Assembly (NCBI GenBank): GCA_964016885.1
Contig: OZ024742.1
Span: 249,798,001-249,862,000 of the forward strand
Source: Eledone cirrhosa
Taxonomy: Eukaryota
Direction of reading: 5' to 3'
DNA: 64,000 nt
Of the stretch, positions 13,540 to 28,034 are shown piece after piece. The notes under the pieces are model-generated. The model did no database searches and was not told the origin of the DNA. It saw only the letters and a program-made list of their open reading frames with translations. A program made the translations under genes and the position numbers. The first letter of the stretch is position 1; every line of letters starts with the position of its first letter.

Positions 13540-14458
13540 ACATCTCTCTCCATATTATTTACTCACTTCAATCTATATTTTTTTTACTCACCTCAATCTG
13601 GATTCTCACTGGAAAATTTTTTTAATTTTTTAATTTCTCATTGTTAATTTTTTAATTGTTTAATTTATAATTTCTGATATTTGATTTAGGATTTTAATTT
13701 TTATTTCCAACTCTCACTCTTAACTTCCAATGTAAAACCATGATACCTAGAATTAAGTTTATTTTCCTTTATGAATTGATGGTCAGTCGTACTGTCCACG
13801 CTTGGTGAGAGGTAGTATTGTGACCTGTAAAAACTAACACTCTCCCATCCCCTCTAGCTTTCGGCTGACTGCCACAGTCGGGTTGGGTAGCAGTAAACTA
13901 TGGTACAGGTCTAAGTGTGCCATTGTTTGGCTGAGAGGGTGAACTGACTAAGCGAATTTCGTTGAAATCTGCGGTAGCTAATGGTCAACTTCCTTCGGAC
14001 ATGCGCCTGCGCAGACTGGTGGGGGCGAATTCGTACTCACAGGGGAACGGATGAAGAACCCAAAAGCACACACTTCATCCGTTCCTATGTCGATTCAAAT
14101 TGGATTGCCTCGGAAACATAACCTTATTATGTAACAAGCTGTCTTATGATGTCACGACACTCGCACACAGAACAGTGTGGCCAGTGTCGTCATTGAAATA
14201 TATATCACAGCATTATTATTAAAGGCGGTGGATTGGCAGTATCGGTAGAGGGTCGGACGCCATGCTTTCCAGCATAGTTACGTACCTTTACGATTTGAGT
14301 TCATATCCCGCCAAGGTTGACTTTGCCTTTCATCCTTACGGGGTCGATAAAATAAAGTACCAGTAATGCACTGGGTAATTGCTGGCCTTGTGCCTAAAGG
14401 AGTAACAATTATTATTAAAGGACTTGAACATCTGAAACAACTTCGTTTTTCCTTATTC
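13540..14458 (+). repeat. Direct repeat unit B: copy of unit A with a single SINE (14224-14410)
   Basis: Near-identical to 11836-12960; both end in ttattaaaggacttgaacatctgaaac. Confidence 0.92.
14138..14211 (+). ncRNA. Hammerhead copy with G5->U core mutation (CTTATGA), probably inactive
   Basis: Identical to 12430-12503 except in the core. Confidence 0.7.
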
Positions 14459-14483
14459 TATATATATATATATATATATATAT

Positions 14484-14619
14484 AGGAACAAGTAGGACTC
14501 CGACGGCTGAGCTCAAGCCGTTTCGACGGCTAATTCTGGACTACTCACTGTACTACCCTAAGTATTGAGTACTTTGGTGCGTTATGGTCCATCTGGTTCC
14601 TTACCACATTTCCTTCGTT
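14484..14619. mobile_element. Short (TA)n-flanked PLE pLTR end with internal inversion (family E)
   Basis: Family also at 23180-23325, 29850-30038, 36798-36860, 37157-37301 and 40123-40252; carries a hammerhead 3' half GAAAC-GGCT..AGCC-GTC. Confidence 0.75.
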
Positions 14620-14647
14620 ATATATATATATATATATAACACATATA

Positions 14648-14679
<32 letters not shown>

Positions 14680-14714
14680 ACAAATTGAATACAACTTCTA
14701 CATATATATATATT

Positions 14715-15290
14715 GACTGGTAGTATCGTTAGACCATCAGGCAACATGGTTTGAGGCATATAGTTGTGCACATTAATGTTCTAATTTCAAATCTCACCGA
14801 CATTAACTTTACCTTTCATCCTTTACGAAGTAAATAAAATAAAGTACCAATAACGCATTAAAGTCGATTTAATCGACTCTTCAGTTCCCTTCGTATTGCT
14901 GGCCTTGTGCCAAAAATAGAAACGAATATTAATTACGATTTTCTGAGCGTAAATCATGCAGAGGTTCCATTTTCCTTTTCTTTTAACGTTGTCGCTAAAA
15001 TAAAACAGGAATCTTAAATACTGGGGGTCGATATGATCGATTGTCCTTTTTACCCAAATTGCAGGCCTTTAGTCAAAATTAAAAAGAATAATTATTTATA
15101 AATTGGCAAAATATTTTAGCGATATTTGCACTGGCTTTTTATGTGCAGAGTTTAAATTCCAATGAGATCCATTTTGGCTTTCTATCTACATCGTGTAAAT
15201 AATCTAAAGTACCATTCATGCACTGTTGTCGAATAATCAGCTATTACGTGTCCGTAGAACAGTTGGCCTCGTGCCTGAATTAGAAACCAG
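14715..15290 (+). mobile_element. Older, diverged SINE copies
   Basis: acctttcatcctt..aaaataaagtacc and ggccttgtgcc motifs with many substitutions. Confidence 0.7.
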
Positions 15291-15511
15291 TGATATGTTT
15301 ATAGACATATTGAGTTTAGTGGGTCAAGATGTTAAAAGCTTCCGTAGTGTTTGTTATGACTTGAATATGTCTAGATATTCCAACATTGAATAGCTCTCTG
15401 CCATTTCATATATTCACTTCTAAACGCATATCTGTTAACATTGGCACTTATATTCATGTATATATATTTATATATATATATATGTGTGTATGTGTGTGTA
15501 TGCGTGTATAA

Positions 15512-15610
<99 letters not shown>

Positions 15611-15655
15611 CAGGCAGAGAAGTAAATAGATAGATAGATAGATAGATAGATAGGT

Positions 15656-15771
15656 GGATAGGTAAAATCCCGACACTACTTTCGGCTTGTGTGTTCAGCA
15701 GACCCTTTGAGAGGCTTGCTGAACACACAAGGCGAAACCGCTTGGCGCTGCAGTCGGGATTTTACCTATCC
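15656..15771. repeat. 116-bp hairpin (MITE-like) with 19-bp perfect terminal inverted repeats
   Basis: ggataggtaaaatcccgac / gtcgggattttacctatcc, plus inner IR cttgtgtgttcagca / tgctgaacacacaag. Confidence 0.8.
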
Positions 15772-16158
15772 CTATTCCCACTTTTCATCTCCCCATTCGT
15801 TCGTTGTATACTCCCATGATAAGCACCACTGACTCTCTCTCTCTCTCTCTCTCTAAATATATATATATGTATGTATATACATATATGTATGTGAGTGTGT
15901 TTGTATACAAACACACTCACTCTCACGCATAAGACGCACACACACATACACACATATGTATATACACACACATATATATATATACATAGAGAGAGAGAGA
16001 GAGGGGGTGGGGAGAGAGAGAGAGAGAGAAGTGCATTACTGTAATATAGGGATGAGCCGGAATTTTGGGTGTATGTATATGGATATAAGGACAGATATAT
16101 GTATGTAAGAAAGTATGCGCATGTTTATGTATACACTTCTGTACAAGAGTATATATAC

Positions 16159-16247
<89 letters not shown>

Positions 16248-17311
16248 TTCATCATTTGAAGTGTGTAACTTTAAACCCCTATCGTTGAGTGGTTATTTGC
16301 AAACAAGTTTTGAGCTATTTCGGCAGAGAGCTGGCGGGAATATAAGCAGGTTTGAACTGAAAGTAAACACAAACGTGGAACATCGCCAGGAGCTGTTGGT
16401 AACAGGAACCAAAGTCGGCCAATATACAGGATGTAAAAAGGAAGAGCTGCTAGGTGTGTAACAGGCTAGTGTCGTAAGGGTTCTTGTAATTGTTGTTATT
16501 GTTATTATTGTTGATATTTTTGGTATTGTTGTTGTCATTGATGTTTTCGTTATTGTTTTTGTTACCATTGTTGTATTATCCCCTGTAGTTCCTTAGACCC
16601 AGGTTATGTCTGATCAAGCAAAAGAATGAAAAGATCTGATGTTCGGTTTGGAATAGGAAAAATATGTTTCCATTAGCCTTTCCTTTGTTGATATAATAAC
16701 TCCCCTTTGCAAACCCTAGAAAATCCTAGCAAATCCTGGAATCTGAACACAGATGTCTTGAGACGATGCAGATACTAATTTATTAACAATTCTGCTAATC
16801 TGCGATCACTGATCTAGTGCATTTTTATTGACCCTTCAAATATGAGAGACAAAATCGAAATTGGTGGGATTTGAACTCAGAATGCAGTAAACAAGTAAAA
16901 TACCGAGCCATTTAATCTGAGACACTAAAAGCGGGTTCTGGCTCAAGATCTCCAGGGTTGAATTACAGGAATTTTTTGTATGTGAGACTTACATTATCCA
17001 ATGTAAAATTTCTCCCTTTAAAAGTGCATAACAATAGCTTATGGCCCTTGATTTCGTGTGTTTTATATATATGATATTATAGAGATGAAAGTATCAGGTG
17101 TTTTTGCATGTGACTATATGTATATATTTGATATGTTCCGTGTGTAACAAGTGAATAGATAGAATAATAAGTGACGCATTTTTAAACGTTTTTCTTTTCT
17201 TTTATTATTTTCTTTGGCAAAGAATCAAATTTCGATGGCTTTTCTTATTTCGGTGTGTATTTTTTTTTCTTTTGCAAAGATATTGATATTCTACTTTCTT
17301 TTATATATATT

Positions 17312-17348
<37 letters not shown>

Positions 17349-17489
17349 TCTATATTTTACACTCACATCTGTCACATACGGCTGAAAACACATGAGGGCT
17401 TTTCAATGAATAATCATACCAATGTCTTCATAAAGTTGATAGTTTATCAGTTACTACCTGGCCCTTTCTCCTACCCCCCCTCTCTCTCT

Positions 17490-17592
<103 letters not shown>

Positions 17593-17623
17593 TTATAAGA
17601 ATCAAAGTTCTGTTCAAATCATT

Positions 17624-17649
<26 letters not shown>

Positions 17650-17657
<8 letters not shown>

Positions 17658-18982
17658 AGTTATAAGAATCAAAGTTCTGTTCAAATCATTTATATGCTTA
17701 CAATTGTTTCCTCCAAACCGAGGTTTGGATTCTTCGGAGCAATTTATTAATGAATGATCACATATATGACTTCCTTTTCAACCCAAGAGACATACAGATA
17801 CATATACATATATTGCTGCTTGGTGGGTCGACATCCATTATAACATTTAGCGTGGCAGTATACATTTAAAGATTAGACCTCTGGTCTACCCTAGTGATAG
17901 TTAACTTTGACAGCCAATCTGACATACACTGACCCAGAGCTTACCAGGAATTATTATATATATAAGTGATTCTATAATAACCATGACAGGTTCTATGAGT
18001 AGACTACAATTAGAATGATCATTGATTTGGAGATCTGGCTCTTCGTGTGAAATATTCAATTGTGGCACTCTATAATGGAGGATATTCACCCTAATATGAA
18101 CACCTTTAATACTTCTTGATAGACTACACTGTAATTATAGATAGGACACTTAAAATTTTTAGAAACTGTTTATAACCATATAAGATAGGGACTCTTTTGA
18201 GACACCATTTAATGTACATTGGGATAATATTTAGTTACAGAAATCAGTGAGTTACCTCCCCTCACGCATTAACTCCCCTTAGTCACACACACACACTTCC
18301 GGAAAATAATACGATGTTGATTCTCGCAACTAAACAACCTGCTATATTGGACTAAAGACCAATAAACGATGATACTCTAACAGAATCATCAAACGTCCAA
18401 TATTGAATCGTCGTGGATTATGTGAGGGGCATATAATCTAAATATTACGCTCTCTGGACTGTGAAAATGGTGTTGTACACGAAAACCGTATCATCGCTTT
18501 GCTACACATTTCTAATATTTTTAATATTTATAATATTTCTCTACACACAAGCTTCTATAACATTCATATAAAAGATACATTACCCGCTTAAAGTGCTTGT
18601 ATTACATGTAACACCCTGCCGCACTATAATATTATAAATAAGACACACGTGCTTGCCACATGTGTAACTATTGCACACAATAACTGCTTCTGACTATCCT
18701 ATCGCATTAATTTCATGTTGTATTTTAACATTAAATTTTAATTTTATCCTCTTTTGATATGAATGTAATCTTTAAATGTATACTGCCACGCTAAATGTTA
18801 TAATGGATGTCGACCCACCAAGCAACAATATATGTATATGTCTCTTGGGTTGAAAAGGAGATCATATATGTGATCATTCATTAATAAATTGCTCCGAAGA
18901 TTCCAAACCTCGGTTTGGAGGAAACAATTGTAAGCATATAAATGATTTGAACAGAACTTTGATTCTTATAACTTATATATAA
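17650..18982. mobile_element. Element bounded by ~220-bp inverted repeats, each containing a hammerhead (inverted-pLTR PLE remnant)
   Basis: 17650-17874 is the approximate reverse complement of 18766-18982; the interior has no convincing ORF. Confidence 0.75.
18890..18936 (+). ncRNA. Hammerhead with CCGAAGA core (mirror copy at 17695-17741, minus strand)
   Basis: tgct-CCGAAGA-ttccaaacc tc ggtttggag-GAAA-caattg-TA-agca. Confidence 0.7.
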
Positions 18983-19142
18983 CTGCTCTGTAAAACAACT
19001 GCTGTTATTACATTGAGCTATTTATCTTACTGGTAATAAGGTAATAATATATTACTGCCGATCACTATTTAGGGTTTGTAAAAATATATATAACTACAAA
19101 AGGTTTTTGTATATGCATAACCATAAATAGTATCTTTAATAC

Positions 19143-19955
<813 letters not shown>

Positions 19956-19982
19956 GACCCCTTAGCCTTTGTCAAGGCAGAA

Positions 19983-20357
19983 TTCTAGGAGAAGGAAAAC
20001 TCTGATATAACACCTGCAACCCTGATGGTATCCAATGATGTTGACTTGTTCTTCTTTTTGGTAAATATCATCTTGGTTAAGAGAGTGGGACTGGCTTTGT
20101 GCAATGCCTTTGCTCACTATAAAAGCTTCACGGCACAGGCATTGCTTTATATCTGGAGATCTCTCTGCACTTGTCATCACATGGTACCATGGGCCCAGCA
20201 CTGTGTGTCAATAATTGTCACAGGTGTAGTGTTTGTACCAGAGTTTTCAAGTCGCTGGCTGGACTCAAAAGTCACACTCGTTCAGCGCATCGGTAGGGGT
20301 TCTCCTACATGGATATAAAGTAGTGGCCGTACTCGAAAACGAGTTGGCAGCCACCAT
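19983..20357. repeat. Dispersed ~375-bp repeat; inverted copy at 47322-47693
   Basis: Both copies give near-identical spurious ORFs (MVSNDVDLFFF...); ctaggagaaggaaaactctga is reminiscent of RTE 5' regions. Confidence 0.85.
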
Positions 20358-20382
20358 GTATATATATATATGAATAAATATA

Positions 20383-20455
<73 letters not shown>

Positions 20456-20800
20456 ATCCATCTGTCTGGTCTGTCTGGTTATTATCCTATTTATCTATCT
20501 TTCTAAGTGTATATCTACCTGTCTATCTGTATATGCGTTCGTTTTTCTCTCTACCCTTTTGTATCAATCTATCTATATCTATATCCTTATCCCTTATCTA
20601 TTTATTTATCTTTCTTTCTTTTATCCAGCCTCTTATCCTGGTTTACTGTTTTATACTACAAATGTACACCCTTTAGTTATAACAATGATCATGCCATTCA
20701 TTTTTAATGGCATGTTTGGCTAAATTCAGCTTACAATAATGTTTTCTGAGAATCATAAATACCCCCCCCCCCTCCGCCGCCGCCACAAACACAAGCACAT

Positions 20801-20869
<69 letters not shown>

Positions 20870-20911
20870 ATATATATACATACATACATACATACATATA
20901 TATATATATAC

Positions 20912-20954
<43 letters not shown>

Positions 20955-20955
20955 A

Positions 20956-21028
<73 letters not shown>

Positions 21029-21956
21029 TATATGTATGCATGCGTGTGTATGGTGAGTATTAATGTATGTATATATGTATGTGTATGTGTAGACTTTGAC
21101 TAATTAAGATATTTATAGTGCGGTACATATTCGTCGTAGGCAAACGAGAAGACGGCTCATTACGTCGCCAATAAAAAAGCTCACGTTCCGACCACGCAAA
21201 GGGATCAGAGAAATACGTAAATACGAAAATACTTATTATATAACTTGGTACATATTTGTGGCAGTACATTTAGTACAGAGAATGCTTTTGCTATAGATTC
21301 TTGCAATCTCTTCTCTCCTTCATACACTGTATCTCTCTCTCTCTAACGGTCTTTCGAAGTGCTGTATATTTGTTTGTAATATATGTATTACAAACAAACT
21401 TATTTTCTGATATAGCCAACTCTCTCGTATCATTGAGCAGACTTACATATGTTCAAACATTGAGAGAATCTTATGATGCAAAACATGTATATATTTTATA
21501 TTTTATGGGCTGGGTCGTTGTCGTTGTTCCAGATGAAGAAGGGTTACATCTATGACAATTGATGCTTATTATATAGACTTAACTCTAGCTTTCTATGGAA
21601 TTTTTGTAATTTATTAACGTACTAAATATCTTCTGATGAGGCGTCCATTGTCATGTTGCTTTCTATACCAGATGACATCAACTCTAATTTCATTCTCGTT
21701 TATTTTGTCTTTACCACCATCCTTTGACGGATTAGTCACAACCATCATTTATCATTTTCTTAATGTATATTATTTTACACTTTTTCTAGTTTCAGTCATT
21801 AAACTAAGGTTATGCTCGGGTGCTGCAATGATTTAGTCGATCATATCAATCCCAGAACTTCTTTTTTTCAAATCTGGTGCATGTTTTCAAGATCTCATTT
21901 TTGCCTAACCACTAATTTGGGAGATATAAACATACAATACACACCCATACACATAA

Positions 21957-21989
<33 letters not shown>

Positions 21990-21994
<5 letters not shown>

Positions 21995-22345
21995 GTGTGT
22001 GTGTGTGTATGTGTGTGGTGTGTGTGTATGTGTATGTGTCTATGTGAGTTTATATATGTATATATATATGTGTGTGTGTGTGTGGTGTGTGTGTATGTGT
22101 GTGTGTCTATGTGTGTTTATATATGTATATATATATGTGTGTGTGTGTGTGGTGTGTGTGTATGTGTGTGTGTCTATGTGTGTTTATATATGTATGTATA
22201 TATATGTGTGTGTGTGTGTGGTGTGTGTGTATGTGTGTGTGTCTATGTGTGTTTATATATGTATATATATATATGTGTGTGTGTGTGTGGTGTGTGTGTA
22301 TGTGTGTGTGTCTATGTGTGTTTATATATGTATATATATATGTGT
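21990..22345. repeat. Compound (GT)/(AT) microsatellite amplified as a ~63-bp unit x5
   Basis: Recurring gtgtggtgtgtgtgtatgtgtgtgtgtctatgtgtgtttatatatgtat. Confidence 0.9.
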
Positions 22346-23005
22346 GTGTGTGTGTATATGTGTGCGTCTGTGTCTGTGTGCCTGTGTGATTGTGTATACA
22401 AAAATACATACATATATATATACAGTTCTTGTGTGTGAGTTGGTCTCAGGTTGACGTTCGCCTGATCGAGAACATTAATCACTGATTAGTGATCAGTTGC
22501 CATGAGGAGGTCAACAAACCTGGGCCCCATAAACATACAGTGAGCCCACGTCTTGTACAGTTTAAAATAATGAGGTTTTCGACAAAGATGGTCGGAATAA
22601 TTTGTTTCAAGCAAAACTGCTGAAAAACGCTTAACCTTCTTTTTTCTCAACAAACTACATTACCTAATGTAATGGCAAAACATTCTAACCCCTAACACTA
22701 TCCATATTTTTGTAAATATGTCTCAACCTCCAGAGAACATAGATTATGTCTCCTAAAAGTCATCGATATAAAGGTTCTTTTATATAAAGGTCTTAAACAC
22801 TTTCTTTTTGTTTTTTTAATGAAGCATGGCTGTGGGAAATCTTCCTTAGCAAATGATATATGTCTGGTATGTATTTCTCTATATTTTTCTTGCTCCGAGT
22901 ATCAATGACGGCTGACTAATCGACAGAATGACATATGACCGATATCAACTATTTGCCGATTCATCCGAGCAAACGTCATGTTTAAATACCCCCCCCCCCT
23001 CTCTC

Positions 23006-23049
<44 letters not shown>

Positions 23050-23129
23050 ACTGTCGGATATATATATATACACACACATATATATATATATGTGTGTGTA
23101 TATATTTTAGTCTTCAAATCTATTATTAT

Positions 23130-23182
<53 letters not shown>

Positions 23183-23517
23183 ACAGTTTGAATCTAGCTG
23201 TGGAAACGGCCGGAGCTCAGCCGTCGGGGTCCTAACTCTTTTCTTATTACTCACTCTACAACCCTAAGTATTGAGTTCTCTGGTGCATTATGGTCCACCT
23301 GGTATCTTATCACACCCTCTTTGTTTTGTAATTTATATATATACATATGCGTGCATCTGTGTGTGTGTGTGTGTCTGTGTGTGCGTGTGTGTGTGTGCTT
23401 GTATGTGAATATCAATATATGTATACAGGAATGTGTTTTGCACTTGAATATAACAGTCTCCGTAACTGTATATGCGTCTATATGTCTATATATGCACACA
23501 GATAACCCATCTCTCTC

Positions 23518-23604
<87 letters not shown>

Positions 23605-24049
23605 CTCCCTCTCTCTCTCTCTCTCTCGCTCTCCATCTCTCTCTCTCACTCTCTCTCTCTATGTGTTTGTGTGTGTAAAATTTTATTTTCCATAAATTAT
23701 AGTGCAGAACAGATTAATAGCTATAATTTTTATCTGAGAGGAAATCTTCCGGAAACATATGCCTTATCCGGCACAGATTCATGTGAAGGATGGGTATATT
23801 GAGTGAGGAGTAATTCTAGCTACAGCTGCTACATAAGAATACTTTTGAAATTTGGTAAAAATATATATCAGCGAAATCTTTATAGATATATATTTCCTAT
23901 GTGGAAGTCTACTAGTCTATCTATTGTTAAATCGCGATGACCCAGTAATGTTGTTTGCTCTGAGAGATGAGAATTATAATAAATAGTTTAGGAAGAAAAA
24001 ATATATTTGCAAACACTTATCGCCTTTTATTTGATGTTGATCACAATGA

Positions 24050-24520
24050 TTGTTAAAACAAAATGTGTGTACATTTTACGTTTTGTGATTGACTACACAC
24101 CACAACGATGTCTAAAATCACATTTGTGTACGTTTGTCATGTGTTTCACTAAACACCACAGCAATGGCTAAAATCACATTTGTGTCCCTTTGTCGCCATT
24201 TGATAACACACCACGACAATGGCTAAAATGAATTTCGTCTACATTTCATCAGTCAAAGTTTGAAATGATATTTTTCTATATCCATAGACTTGTTTTTGAC
24301 TACACACCACAGCGTTGGTTAAAACGACATTTGTGAGCGTTATACAGCAATCTTTAAACTGCATCCGTATACATTTGTTGTCTTGAATTCAACTACATAT
24401 CACGCCGATAGTTAAAAAGACAGTTTTGTAGATTTGTTGTCATTTATTTGATTGCACGTTATATCGATATCTAAATAGATAGTTGTGCACATTTTCGTTT
24501 CATATTGGACAACAAATTAT
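24050..24520. repeat. Old degenerate ~55-60-bp minisatellite
   Basis: gactacacaccacaRcgatggctaaaatcacatttgtg-like units at about 24091, 24148, 24202, 24298, 24390 and 24449. Confidence 0.75.
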
Positions 24521-24853
24521 AGCTATGGTTATAGTATGACTTATTTTATATTTAAGAAACTCATAATGTTTAAAACAGAGTACTTCATCTCTTCGTCTCC
24601 TATTAGCGTGTCAAGACTTCATCGGAATAAGAAAGATGCACGCTCCGAGGTACGGTGACATATTGTGTGAGGTTTGCCACAATTTCTAATGTGGAATAGT
24701 TTCCACTGTACACTCTCTTCCTTTGTGTCAGTAGCGTCATGTGGTGTGCACATGGAATACGAGGATGCTGATGCAAAAAGTAAACGGAAACAAAGCAAAC
24801 TATACTGGACAGTGAAAAAAAGAAATATTAGTGTAACACTTGAGGGAAAATAG

Positions 24854-24889
24854 TCTTAAGGTTTCGGACACTAGTCCTTTATCAAAAGA
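24854..24889 (-). ncRNA. Minimal hammerhead-like motif, U3:A8 core, almost no stem III
   Basis: Minus strand reads tctt-TTGATAA-a-ggac tagt gtcc-GAAA-cctt-aaga. Confidence 0.5.
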
Positions 24890-24970
24890 TAGAAATAAAA
24901 GATAGAAATAAAAGATAGAAATAAAAGATAGAAATAAAAGATAGAAATAAAAGATAGAAATAAAAGATAA
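24884..24970. repeat. 13-bp tandem repeat (aaaagatagaaat) x6
   Basis: Seen directly. Confidence 0.95.
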
Positions 24971-26055
24971 AATAGAAAGATTGAGAGTGAGAAGAGGAAA
25001 GAACAGAATATATTTTTGGAGAAAAAACCCGCGTGTGTTCAGTCAGCCATTTTGGACTCAAAATGTCATAGTTTCTGCTTTTCTAACTTTATGTTGATCC
25101 GTGGATCAGGGATGAAATAGGAATAAAGATGATGTCAGAAATTACATGTTGAATAAAAGTGCAAGGCCTACAGTTTGATGTGAGAATCGGACGAGTGTAT
25201 GCCATGTTAACATGAATAATAATCAGTGTTGTATGATAAAGTAACAAAAATTGTACGACGTGTTATACTACGTTGGGGAATTAATGGAAACACACTCCTA
25301 CGGAGAAAATGTGTGTTAAGTAACCTCTTTCTTACGAGCAATGTTCCAGTTGTTTAATCAACGGAAAAGCCTTCTTCGAGCATTCCACAAACACATATAC
25401 ACAAACCTGGCCATATGAATTACAGAATAGTTCTTTTTATCCAACTGAGTGGTCTAGGGCAACGGGAAATAAAGTGCTTTTCTCAAAGACACATGATGCC
25501 ACCGGGGATAGAACATGTAATGCTACAATCATGAGCCGAACACGGTAACAATTAAGTCACTTTAACAATTAGAAATTAGATAAAGATAGAAAAACATTAG
25601 GTACACTGACAGAGAGAATGACTAATAATCAAGTAAGAGTCAGATAGACCGACAAGCTGACTGAGAGAATGACAGACTGGCTGACAGACAGACTGATAAA
25701 CGAACAGATATATTAGACAGACTGACTGATAAACTTATAGAGAACGATGGATAAATTGACCGACTGACTTGCAAACAGACTGATATGTATACCGACAGAA
25801 AAACATACATTCAAACACTCAGACAGACTGACAAACTGACAGACAGGCAGCAAAGTGTAAGAGGAAGAGGAATTTCAAATGATAGTAATAGCAACGTGGT
25901 CACACCTTAGTAAAAGACTTAAGATATTCACGCCATGCACCATTTACATACATTGATGAATAAACATTGTGTAGAGCAGAATGATGGGAGACACAGCATT
26001 CAATACATACATACATTCATACATTGATATACACACGTACATACATATATACATA

Positions 26056-26163
<108 letters not shown>

Positions 26164-26229
26164 GATACATACATACATATATGAATGCATACATACATAC
26201 ATACATACATACATACATACATACATACA

Positions 26230-26260
<31 letters not shown>

Positions 26261-27290
26261 TTACGTATATATGTGTGTATGTTAAAAATCCTTTTCTTTC
26301 TTCTGGTTCATAGATTACACGGACATGAGAAGAAGTCATTTTTCCATGTATTTATATAAACCACCCCGCTTCATTTTCCTCAAACAAAGGCGACTACCCT
26401 CACTGCCATCTCTATCATTACACACCAACTGACATTACGTTCTCTACCACCAGTACCACCCACACCACATCACTAACACCACTTGTTGCTACGCTCCCCT
26501 ATGTTAGCAAATTACATTCTTTGTTATTGCAGTTCCGCTCAAGCGCTTTCTAAACCCATCCACTTCCGGTACCTTTAGAACATTTTCATTTTTTATTGCG
26601 ACCACCATTTGTTTTTGTTTTGTTTTTGTTTTCTTCTTATTTATCTTCAAATAAAGACACCATTGTTCGTTCCCACCTAGTAACATATACATAAACATAA
26701 ATACATACGTACATACATACATAGACACAATCATACACACACATATATACATAACTACATACATATATAAATACATACATAAACAAATACACTCACACAT
26801 GCATACATACATTATACATACATACATACATATAAACCTGCCTCTAAAACTGCACAACGGGTCTTATATTTTTGTTTGGGATAACACATTAAAAACGTGC
26901 TCTGTTCAAGAAATCAGCTACCCAAGTGATGTCAATGTCAAAAGAAAAATGCTAGAGGAGGATAATTATGCACCATTTATGAGGAGTTTGTAAATTCAGT
27001 ATCCAAATAAACACGTTTCAATTCATACCCGTTATTATTAGAGCTACATGTTATATACCAATAAACTGGACAAAAGTATAACTGAGATTGAATGTGTGGA
27101 GAAAGAACATTACTCCTTAATTCATAAGCTATACATAGGTGCGATATCTGCAACCTTCAAAATTTGTAAAAACATTATTAAGATTCAAAGGATGAACGCT
27201 TCCACAGGAGAAAATGACAATTTCCTTTCTTCACAACCTTGTCACTGGGAAGGTGGCCGGTCAAAAATAAACTCAAAATCAAGAGAAAGA

Positions 27291-28030
27291 GAGTGAACAA
27301 TTGTTTCCTTTTATTCGGATCATCAGCTCGGTTTAAATGAGAATGTACGGTAAAGGAAATAAAACTGTACGAATACGCTAGTGCAAAAACAGCCACTTCC
27401 CAAAGGGGAGGAAAATCAATAATAGATCGGTGGGAGGGAGATAAATATGAATACTCAGAATAATATTAGATTATTCATGTTATTCAGTCCAGAATATTAT
27501 AGATTGTTCATGTTAGTCAATCTGGAGCTTCAAAAATACACAATAGGTGTTTCCAGACGTGTGGACAATGCGAGAAAGTTCAGTACTTGAATTTAGACAA
27601 GCGCTATTACACAATCGTCTCAGGACATTGATTCTTTCTTCAATGCACAGCCCACAAGATGGATTCCATTTCCGTATGGCTTAGACTTAGTAATGAGTTT
27701 CCAATGAATGAAGTAATCCACGCCTGTGTCATTGAGAGACCATACGTGGTTCGCGAGCTTCGTTACCGGGTATCTGAAGTTCGACAGATGCTTCAGGAAA
27801 CGTTCTTTAAACCGGCCCTCCGCTATCTCTACATTGGATTTGACCTCTTGTTGTTGATTTGGTCGGTTAGAAGTGACCACGGCTTCATAAATTACAACGG
27901 GTGTGTTAGATTGTTGTTGAAGGAGTCAAGATTCAGGCGTTCGCCAAGAGCATGTTGCTGGAGGTCTGTTCTTAGGGCTGTTGGTGATGTGGGCCATCAT
28001 ATTCTTAGCACAGGAGTATCATAGTTTTAT
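27291..28030 (-). mobile_element. Decayed PLE (Naiad-like) linker plus GIY-YIG, with 3' hammerhead at 27291-27330
   Basis: IKL*YSCAKNM...VIYEAVV...EGRFKERFLKHLSNFRY...TKLANHVW, similar to 115..444; downstream cgag-CTGATGA-tcc..g-GAAAcaattgttc resembles 711-748. Confidence 0.85.
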
Positions 28031-28034
28031 AGAA

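Noticed and set aside
20025-20318. ORF conserved in two copies (also 47411..47653)
   Set aside because: Similarity reflects a young dispersed repeat; no recognisable protein and ORFs on both strands
24050-24520. Repeat-spacer appearance
   Set aside because: Whole units are homologous and degenerate (minisatellite); eukaryotic context and no cas genes
27420-27520. Possible SECIS (ATGAA..AA..TGAA) downstream of the PLE ORF
   Set aside because: The stem does not pair; the motif recurrence is explained by a short tandem duplication
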